Part shown: one piece after another, positions 36,576 through 43,206 of the stretch
Numbering within the stretch: position 1 is the first letter of the stretch
How the letters are laid out: each line of letters begins with the position of its first letter
IMG/VR virus record: IMGVR_UViG_3300049070_000134
Coordinates: 1-43,206 of that record
Strand: one strand, 5' to 3'
From: a virus
Taxonomy: Duplodnaviria; Caudoviricetes
Length of the DNA: 43,206 nucleotides
Translations under genes and position numbers: made by a program
The notes under the pieces: generated by a model
Databases searched by the model: none
Seen by the model: the letters and a program-made list of their open reading frames with translations, nothing else
What the model was told of the DNA's origin: nothing

Positions 36576-36604
36576 AAGATAGCGCCCCCCGGCCGGGAAA
36601 GCAA
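36576..36604 (-). promoter_or_regulatory. sigma70-type promoter for recombination/replication operon
   Basis: TTGCTT-17 nt-TATCTT with the same GC preceding -10 as the other promoters. Confidence 0.6.
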
Positions 36605-36647
36605 GCCCGGACCGGAGGGCTGGAGTTGTCAGTGGTTCAGGGAAGGG

Positions 36648-36953
36648 CTACTCGACGTCGACGACCGTCTCCTCCCTCGGAGGCCGCGTGACGTGGAGGA
36701 CGTTCTCGAACAGCCAGTCGTCGTTCGCGTTGAGCTTCTCGGCGAGGGACTTGTAGATCGGCTTCGTCGCCGGAACTGCCTGGCAGATTGTTCCGACGAT
36801 CAAGCCAAAGAAGGGATTGTCCTTCATTGCCGCCGACAGCACCTGCGCTTCTTGGAACGTCAGCGTCACGGTCGGGCCATCCGTGACATTGAGGATCGCT
36901 TCCATCACGTCGCCGTTCGTCAGCTTTTCGTACGTCTTCGTTGCCTGGGTCAC
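36648..36953 (-). CDS. Hypothetical protein
   Basis: 101 aa, AGGAGG RBS, GTGA overlap. Confidence 0.7.
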   Translation of the reverse strand: MTQATKTYEKLTNGDVMEAILNVTDGPTVTLTFQEAQVLSAAMKDNPFFGLIVGTICQAVPATKPIYKSLAEKLNANDDWLFENVLHVTRPPREETVVDVE

Positions 36954-37039
36954 GCCTTGCCTCCTGTGAAGTCACGCTGCTTCAGTTTGAGAATCACTCG
37001 TTCGCCGTTCTTGTCGAACAACGATTCCAATGGCTTCAC
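36950..37039 (-). pseudogene. Remnant resembling the C-terminus of a phage RNA ligase
   Basis: VKPLESLFDKNGERVILKLKQRDF resembles nucleotidyltransferase motif IV-V region (KxK..DF). Confidence 0.45.
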
Positions 37040-37446
37040 GCAGCCTCCTTCGGCAGCGCCTCCAGTTCGAATCGGAACGGCAACTGCTGCCGCTCGGCTT
37101 CGACGTTCAACTTCGCGACGCGCTCCTCGTCGGAGTAGTTGCTCCTGTCGTTGATCTCGTAGAGCGGGGAGAAGGGATCCTTCGTGACTTGATGGGAAGG
37201 TTCTGCCTCGCAAGGCACTCTTTCCACCTCCCATCCCAATCCTTCCCGCAACCGTTCCTGGACGGACTCCTGATGACCAGCGAGGCCACGAAGAGTGGCG
37301 ACGCTGACCAGATCGGCGTCGGTGAAGCCACAGAGCTGCTGCGCAGCGATGCCGAGACAGCACATCTGCCCTGAATCAGGGTGACGCAAGTAGCTATCCG
37401 CACGACCTCGAAGCCATCGTTCCCGTGACAGGATGACTGTCTTCAC
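37036..37446 (-). CDS. Hypothetical protein, WLR...CCLG...IND family (paralog 1)
   Basis: Clear similarity to 38173..38619. Confidence 0.75.
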   Translation of the reverse strand: MKTVILSRERWLRGRADSYLRHPDSGQMCCLGIAAQQLCGFTDADLVSVATLRGLAGHQESVQERLREGLGWEVERVPCEAEPSHQVTKDPFSPLYEINDRSNYSDEERVAKLNVEAERQQLPFRFELEALPKEAA

Positions 37447-37724
37447 AGTTCCTCCTTCTGGAAGTCTCCTGCATTGATACGCTCCTTCACGTGTACTTCG
37501 CAATCATTCAGCCGACGGATGATGCTCTCGATGGCCGAGCCGACCTCGTCGTCGATGGTACTGAGGGCAGCGAGAGCTGCCAAGCCACCCGACTCCACCA
37601 GTGTACGGCTGATGATCGTGGCTTCCCCGCTTGTCAGCACGAGCTGCGGGCCGCCGCTGTATTTGATGACTCGCTTCGTGACCTGCAGGCCAGGATGCGC
37701 CTTGATAAGCTCCAACGGATCCAT
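37443..37724 (-). CDS. Hypothetical protein
   Basis: 93 aa, GGAGG RBS. Confidence 0.7.
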   Translation of the reverse strand: MDPLELIKAHPGLQVTKRVIKYSGGPQLVLTSGEATIISRTLVESGGLAALAALSTIDDEVGSAIESIIRRLNDCEVHVKERINAGDFQKEEL

Positions 37725-37981
37725 GCTTCCTCCATCCCGGACCAGTTTCCCTGCAACCGCCGCCGGGTCAGCGAGTTGGAGGGCGTTTCGGTGATTTCAC
37801 CCCTCCCCCCCCACCCCACCCTGGGGGTGTCGGAATCGCGTTCCGGACAGCCGGGGTGAGGCAGGGATGGGGATGGTGCCAGACGGACCCCAAGGGCTTG
37901 GGGGCTTGCGCGACGGGGGCAGTTGGTACTACCTTACCGTCCTAAGCCGATGTCTGTCTGAAGACTGGCTGCCGAGCCAGT

Positions 37982-38170
37982 TTAGTTGATCCCTCCATGC
38001 ATCAGCAGCGGCATCAGCACGGCGGTGTCCTTCTTCGGACACGTGGGTGTGAGGCAGGTGTAGCAGCGGTCGTGCTGCCAGGCAAGGGGTTCGATGCAGG
38101 CAGTGCAGAGCCAGGCGGAGAAGGTGCCGTTCTGACGATGAGGGCCACGGTTGACAGAGTCGAGGGACAT
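37982..38170 (-). CDS. Small Cys-rich protein
   Basis: MSLDSV...CTAC...CYTCLTPTC. Confidence 0.5.
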   Translation of the reverse strand: MSLDSVNRGPHRQNGTFSAWLCTACIEPLAWQHDRCYTCLTPTCPKKDTAVLMPLLMHGGIN

Positions 38171-38172
38171 GG

Positions 38173-38619
38173 CTACTCCTCGTCGTCGTCGTGGACTTCG
38201 CCGCAATCGCAAGGCTCCTTGACGAGCATCCCGGAACGGCTCTCCTTCGAGGAGCCATCCGCTGCAGGCACGAAGCGGAAACGGATCGGCAAGTTCAGCC
38301 GTTCGGCTTCCTTGTTCAGCAACTCGACACGGACCGTCGGTTCCATGATGTCGATGTCGTTGATCTGGTACAGATTCTCGAAGATGTCGTTACCGTCATC
38401 GTCGAGGCCCGGCCAGCCAATTTCACGGCGGGCAATGGCTTGCTCCTCGGACGTCAAGCCGGAGACTTGGTAATAGCCCAACAGAGCTGTCTCATCCAAG
38501 CCGGACCGACAGAGTGCAACGCCGATGCAGCATTTCTTCTTGTCACTACGGACGAGTCGAGATTCACTCTCCCTCCGTAGCCACTCTTCGTCGTGCAGGT
38601 CAATGATTCGTGGTTCCAT
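38173..38619 (-). CDS. Hypothetical protein, WLR...CCIG...IND family (paralog 2)
   Basis: Clear similarity to 37036..37446; GGAGG RBS. Confidence 0.75.
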   Translation of the reverse strand: MEPRIIDLHDEEWLRRESESRLVRSDKKKCCIGVALCRSGLDETALLGYYQVSGLTSEEQAIARREIGWPGLDDDGNDIFENLYQINDIDIMEPTVRVELLNKEAERLNLPIRFRFVPAADGSSKESRSGMLVKEPCDCGEVHDDDEE

Positions 38620-38752
38620 CTTCCCTCCCTTTCATGAAGACGAGGAGATACCAGCACTTGTCACAGAGGGCTGGGACTTCTCGTCGGATCCAGATGACAA
38701 GTCGAGCAAGCCAGTGGAGAGGCTTGTTGCACCTCTCACAATAGCTAGCCAC
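38600..38752 (-). CDS. Small Zn-finger protein
   Basis: 50 aa CERC...CDKC; GGAGG RBS. Confidence 0.55.
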   Translation of the reverse strand: MASYCERCNKPLHWLARLVIWIRREVPALCDKCWYLLVFMKGREDGTTNH

Positions 38753-38823
38753 TCAATCCTCCGAAATGTGTCGGAGCAGATAGACGATGATTGAGCCAAT
38801 CACCGAGAAGCCGATGAGGCTTG

Positions 38824-39039
38824 TCATCCAATCCGCTCCGTCAGGCGGTTGACGAACTTCTCCACCACGAACGCGTTGAAGAACCATGTCTGGTGGAATG
38901 ATGAGACGAGCAACTCGATGCCGAGGAGGGCGGCTTCACAAGCAATGAGGATGCACGCTTCTCGGCCGCCTTTCTGCATGAAGGCATGGAAACGCTCCTT
39001 CCATGTCCGACGTCGACGGTGCTTCAGTTTGTGCAGCAT
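38824..39039 (-). CDS. Small membrane protein
   Basis: Basic N-terminus plus hydrophobic segment. Confidence 0.6.
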   Translation of the reverse strand: MLHKLKHRRRRTWKERFHAFMQKGGREACILIACEAALLGIELLVSSFHQTWFFNAFVVEKFVNRLTERIG

Positions 39040-39276
39040 TCAACGCTCCTGGAATTCCTTACATGTCTGACCGAGATGTGCGATTTCCTCCGTGTTAATG
39101 CGATAGCCGGACATACGAGGGAACACCTTCTTCATGCACTCGGTGGCACCCTCAGTGCCTGCGCAGGAATCACAGTAGCCTGTTGGCTCGTAGTCGATGT
39201 TGAAGAACTGACAGCACAGACACGAACGTGGATGGCCATTGTGCATCACCAACTTTGTCTTCGTCATCAATCCCAC
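39040..39276 (-). CDS. Cys-rich small protein
   Basis: CLCC, CDSC, C-terminal CKEF. Confidence 0.6.
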   Translation of the reverse strand: MGLMTKTKLVMHNGHPRSCLCCQFFNIDYEPTGYCDSCAGTEGATECMKKVFPRMSGYRINTEEIAHLGQTCKEFQER

Positions 39277-39657
39277 CCCCGACAGCCGCAGTAGTATGTG
39301 TCAGTTGACCACGGACCGTGGGGTTCGAATTGACTGCACACCATTATGATTGCTTTGTTGTGATGCGCAGTCTTTGTGTAGCCGCAGTTGCGGCACAACT
39401 TCTCGGCAGCGTACGAACCCTCACCACGGTACTCGAAGAACGGTAGTGCGAGGCTAGACGGCGTGTCTGCGCCGCCGTACGCGCAGGTGGCAATCCGGCC
39501 CGACAGCGCCGGAGGGTTCGGATCCTTCTCATCCGCTCCCTCCACAATGCCGTAGCACGACACACAGACTGGCTTTTCGTTGAAGCCATCCAGTCGTCCG
39601 TTCGCGACGTGGCCGCACTTCATGAGTGGAGACATGGGGTACATATCGTCTTTCTGC
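39267..39657 (-). CDS. Cys/His-rich protein (start uncertain)
   Basis: MKCGH, CVSC, CRNCGY, YYCGCRGWD. Confidence 0.6.
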
Positions 39658-40036
39658 ATCAGTACTCCCATGAGTCGAGGGCCTTCACCCACAGGACAAT
39701 CATCCAAATGAGCGTAGCCACTGATGTGAGGGCAAGCACGGCAATGGCTCCAACTTGCCACCAAGTTAGATTGGCTTCCATGTCGAGTTCCAAACCTCCT
39801 CCCATGTCATCCGGCCACCAACAGGTCGTGGCACAGCCGGACCATCGGGAATCATCGCTTCGAGGCCATGCACCCGGCAGCCAGCGTCGACCCAGCGACG
39901 GCCGTCCAGCACGGGTGAGGCCCCGAAGCGGTTGCAGCAACAGATGGGGACAGTCAATCAGTTCCTCCGAGGATCAATGCTTGCATTCCACAGCAGACCA
40001 ACAAGTGCGAGCGCTCCGAGGATCAGGAGCACCATC

Positions 40037-40392
40037 TTACGAATCTCGCTTGTCGACCCAACTCTCCGCGTTGCGAATGGTTTCGAGGGCACACATGATG
40101 TGCTCGAAGTAGTGGTACTTGCTCAGAGGCAGGTTGGGCTTCTCCATCTTCGCTTCGACTTCGTCCATGAGGGTGAAGATGTTCTCCTCGGAGAGGGGGG
40201 TGACTTGCTCGTGTGTGTCCGGCATGACGCCGAGGAGGTTGTATCCCTCCGCCCCATGCAGCCACAGCCGGATCGGGGCGGTGAACTTCGCCTTCGCGGC
40301 TTCGTCGCACACGTCCGGCCCGCGAGTGGCGGATGTGATGGCGTGTTGATTCCACGCGGGCAGCGTCAGGAACTTCGGGTTGATCTGTGACA
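40037..40392 (-). CDS. Hypothetical protein
   Basis: VSQINPKF..., GGAGGAG RBS; start approximate. Confidence 0.6.
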
Positions 40393-40687
40393 CTACATGC
40401 TCCTCCATGTCATCCAGATGAGTGCTGCTCCGGCGAGGAGCAGCAGATCCCGCAACGGCGGCCAACTGCCGTCGCGTTGCATCATGTCGAACTGCCATCT
40501 TGTCCTTGCGAACATAGCACCTCCTTTCAATGATTTGAGGCAGCAGCCCCTTTCGAAGCTGCTGCCCCTTGCTCTCGCGGTTGACTTCCTCTCGCTACTG
40601 CATCCCTGCCTCACATAAGAGGGTGGCTCTGCTGCCACCGTGCTTCGCTTAGACAGAGTGCCGTGCTATTGGCTGAGTCGCTGAACG

Positions 40688-40894
40688 TCAGCCAATATCC
40701 TGAAGCGTCTGCGGGACGATTCTGTACACGCGGGACTTCGCCACGCTGTCTTCGCCGTCCAGCAGGTCCGCCACCTTCTTCATGATCGCCTCAGCCTTCT
40801 GAGGATCCACGGATGCCACCATGCCGATCCTCACTGACCGTCGGAACGCGCCGGTGTCTTTCTGCTCCGACTCACGGTTGGACTGCTTCGCCAT
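40688..40894 (-). CDS. Hypothetical protein
   Basis: 68 aa, AAGGAG RBS. Confidence 0.65.
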   Translation of the reverse strand: MAKQSNRESEQKDTGAFRRSVRIGMVASVDPQKAEAIMKKVADLLDGEDSVAKSRVYRIVPQTLQDIG

Positions 40895-41016
40895 TTGGTG
40901 CTCCTTTTGCTTGCCATTGCAAGCACCAACGTGTCGATACGGATCCGCCGTATCACGGTCCTGCTTGAGCGCAGGTGGGACAGCACTGACATCCGCCGGT
41001 GCTGTCCGATCTGCGT

Positions 41017-41322
41017 TCAGCCTTTCATCATTTCATCGAGGAGCTTGTCGATGCTGCTGTTCTCGTCATCCTCTGCCGGAGCGTCCACCTGCAGGATGCC
41101 GTAGTCGTCCCTTGAGACGTTCAACCGTTGACCGTACAGCAGTTCCATCATGCTGTTGAGCCACACCACCCAGGTCTTCAGGTACTCCGGGTGCTTCTTG
41201 TTCTGCCTGATCCGTGCGATCTCGAACTTCTCCGGGTAGCGTGGATCCTCGATGAAGGCGACGGTCCACTCTTCACCGTCTCGATCCACAGCTTCCACAA
41301 TTGCCAGTTGGACTGATGACAT
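41017..41322 (-). CDS. Hypothetical protein
   Basis: 101 aa, GGAGGAG RBS. Confidence 0.7.
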   Translation of the reverse strand: MSSVQLAIVEAVDRDGEEWTVAFIEDPRYPEKFEIARIRQNKKHPEYLKTWVVWLNSMMELLYGQRLNVSRDDYGILQVDAPAEDDENSSIDKLLDEMMKG

Positions 41323-41500
41323 GCGTTACTCCTCCTCCGGCTCCCACATGAAGCCGTAGATGACCATCAACAGTGCAGCAAGTCCGATTGCAACGAATGT
41401 GTCAGCCACGTGTCCCCCTCAACGCTCGAATGAGCGCGATACCGGCCGTGATGACGATTCCGAACATGTAGAGCAGCGCGATCCGTGCGGGGCAGTCCAT

Positions 41501-41692
41501 TTACTCTTCTCCTCTCCGCCTCTTGTCGTACTGTGTCAGCGCTTTCTTCAACTCACTGGCAAGCCTCTGCAGGAGGATCACCTCGCTATAGGTGAGCGCC
41601 GGGAGATTTGGATCAGTTGCACACTCCACCACCTTCGTCAAGAGCAGCGAAGGTGTGTCCGTGCCCCATCGCTTTATGAATTCGTCCATCAC
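41501..41692 (-). CDS. Hypothetical protein
   Basis: 63 aa with RBS. Confidence 0.6.
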   Translation of the reverse strand: MMDEFIKRWGTDTPSLLLTKVVECATDPNLPALTYSEVILLQRLASELKKALTQYDKRRRGEE

Positions 41693-41707
41693 TTCCTCTT
41701 CATTGTG

Positions 41708-41812
41708 CTATGCCTCTGGCACGAATTCCGGATCCGGGAGTTCCGACCCGCAGAACGGGCAGAACACCCATAGCGATTCGATTTCTGAGTTGCAGACCGG
41801 ACAGGTGTCCAT
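41708..41812 (-). CDS. Zinc-ribbon mini-protein
   Basis: MDTCPVCNSEIESLWVFCPFCGSEL. Confidence 0.6.
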   Translation of the reverse strand: MDTCPVCNSEIESLWVFCPFCGSELPDPEFVPEA

Positions 41813-42072
41813 CACTTCCCCCTCTTGTCCCACACCAGCAGGACACGCTTCACAGTCCTACGTGGCTCCTTGTTTACTGGACGCACCAGCGGCAGTCCAG
41901 CGAGATGTCGACGCATGCTGGCGCTGACCCCGTGCTTGTGACAGCGAAGCCCAGCAACAACGTGAGCGTCGACACGCTCCTGATTCGGCTTGGCAGTCCG
42001 CTGCTCAAGTGGAAACCGAGCAGCAGCATCAGCAGCCAAGTCGTCGACGTGCATGCCTTTCGTCAGTGGCAT
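41812..42072 (-). CDS. Hypothetical basic protein
   Basis: 86 aa, GGAGG RBS. Confidence 0.55.
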   Translation of the reverse strand: MPLTKGMHVDDLAADAAARFPLEQRTAKPNQERVDAHVVAGLRCHKHGVSASMRRHLAGLPLVRPVNKEPRRTVKRVLLVWDKRGK

Positions 42073-42143
42073 CAGCCACCTCCATCAGCAGGAACAGGGA
42101 GAGGCAGGGGATTGCTCCCCTGCCTCCTGTGCGGGACTGCGGA

Positions 42144-42311
42144 TCAGAGCTGCTTGGTCCGCTGCGGGATGATCTCCTGCACGACCACCTTTTCGAAGTT
42201 GTCGCCCTCGGCGATCTCCTTGCAGGTCGTGGCGAGAGTGGTCAGCGCCTCGTTGCGCTGGGCCGGAGTCATCTCCTTGTCGTTGATCGTGAAGACAGCC
42301 TGAACCCTCAT
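42144..42311 (-). CDS. Hypothetical protein
   Basis: MRVQAVF..., GGAGG RBS. Confidence 0.6.
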   Translation of the reverse strand: MRVQAVFTINDKEMTPAQRNEALTTLATTCKEIAEGDNFEKVVVQEIIPQRTKQL

Positions 42312-42390
42312 GTGGAACCTCCATGCGCTCCTGTCCGGGAGCATCGGTTCCTGCTGGACGCAGGCTTCGGGAGCGAGGATGTTGGTTACG

Positions 42391-42537
42391 TTATCTGGCG
42401 ACGATTTTCAGCGTGATGGTCTTCGCGCCACAGAGCCCGCTCTTCATGGACAGATTCCACTCATGGATCTCAGGCAGCGTTTGGGTCTCCCGTTCGATCA
42501 GAGCCAGGACTTCGACGATGTGGACGGTGTTGTTCAT
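42391..42537 (-). CDS. First early gene, hypothetical
   Basis: MNNTVHIVEV..., G-rich RBS. Confidence 0.55.
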   Translation of the reverse strand: MNNTVHIVEVLALIERETQTLPEIHEWNLSMKSGLCGAKTITLKIVAR

Positions 42538-42758
42538 GTTCCCCCCATTCGCTCCCGGAGTCTGCGTCCCGCATTCGCTGATTGGCTCGGCGCTCCCACA
42601 CTCCGGCACGTGACCGGAGATCGGCAGGTGATGCGCTGCGCGAGCATGCGTGGTGCGCGCCTTTCGGCGCTCGGGCAGATCGGTCGTGTCGCTGATCCTC
42701 CTGGGGGATCCGGCCCCCTGTCCGGCCCCTCCGGGATCCGGGGGGCTACGCGGGGTGA

Positions 42759-42775
42759 TGCAGGGCACGTGCCAG
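42759..42775 (-). promoter_or_regulatory. sigma54-type -24/-12 element facing early genes
   Basis: CTGGCACG-TGCC-CTGCA. Confidence 0.6.
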
Positions 42776-42916
42776 CTCCGCCGGGAGGGCTTTCGCCCGG
42801 ATCGGCCCGTCGCACCGGGCTTTTCCCCGGTCCGGATTCTTCGATAGGCGAAAGCCCGTTTCGCCCCGGCTTTCGCAGGCCGTTCGCCTGAACTTTCGCC
42901 TCCGGTTCGCCTCTTT

Positions 42917-42957
42917 CGACCAGAGAAGCCGGACGGGGGCGACCAGAGAAGCCGGAC
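42917..42957. repeat. 18-bp direct repeat x2
   Basis: CGACCAGAGAAGCCGGAC at 42917-42934 and 42940-42957. Confidence 0.85.
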
Positions 42958-43014
42958 CGCGGAACCGGAACAACCGGAACTTTCGCGTGTCTAGAATCCC
43001 GGAAACCCGGACGA

Positions 43015-43192
43015 TGCAAGGCCCGTGCCTGCCTCAAACCCCCCTCTCCGCGCGGCCGATCCGGCGAACGCGAGGCGAAGGCGGGATCGCCGGACTGGCA
43101 CGCTGCTTGCATCGGGATGCAAAGGACGTGCCTGCCCGAAAGGCCGCCCGTGGCGCGGGCTTTGCGGCGGTCGCGCTGGCACGCGGATTGCA
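43015..43192. promoter_or_regulatory. Cluster of five sigma54-type -24/-12 elements in both orientations
   Basis: Minus: AGGCACG-GGCC-TTGCA (43015-30), AGGCACG-TCCT-TTGCA (43118-33); plus: TGGCACG-CTGC-TTGCA (43096-111), TGGCGCG-GGCT-TTGCG (43151-66), TGGCACG-CGGA-TTGCA (43177-92). Confidence 0.7.
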
Positions 43193-43206
43193 TGCCGGGG
43201 GGGATC

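Larger units (their letters stand above)
1..43206 (-). mobile_element. Tailed dsDNA phage (podovirus-like morphogenesis module), probably near-complete genome
   Basis: Terminase, portal, capsid, tail, lysis and PolA replication modules all on one strand; no host housekeeping genes, no integrase. Confidence 0.95.

Noticed and set aside
42534-43193. 219-aa and 125-aa ORFs in the right terminal region
   Set aside because: Pro/Arg/Gly-rich, no RBS, overlap repeats and promoter-like motifs; region is better explained as non-coding
1-43206. Prophage/lysogeny module or T7-like RNA polymerase
   Set aside because: No integrase, divergent repressor, att-flanked host genes or single-subunit RNAP motifs found

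Overview
The window looks like a near-complete ~43 kb genome of a high-GC tailed phage with a podovirus-type (short tail plus ejection proteins) gene set. Essentially all credible genes lie on the minus strand and are tightly coupled by ATGA/GTGA/TAATG overlaps. Read right to left: (1) a ~670 bp non-coding terminal control region holding six sigma54-type -24/-12 motifs, direct repeats and GAAA-tetraloop hairpins; (2) many small early genes (Zn-ribbons, single-pass peptides); (3) a Sak4-like ATPase, SSB-like protein and PD-(D/E)xK exonuclease; (4) a family-4 UDG that is split, with its C-terminal motif fused to a family A DNA polymerase; (5) DNA methyltransferase, DUF3987 ATPase, DUF1599-like protein and nucleoside deoxyribosyltransferase; (6) a lysis cassette (LECT2-like M23 endolysin, holin candidates, spanin-like pair); (7) TerS/TerL, portal, scaffold and N4-gp56-like major capsid; (8) a GT2-like glycosyltransferase and two Zn-finger proteins; (9) tailspike, adaptor, nozzle, tail fibre and three ejection proteins. 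I saw no integrase, repressor, RNA polymerase, primase, tRNA or CRISPR array. All functional calls come from motif recognition by eye and synteny, not from database searches.
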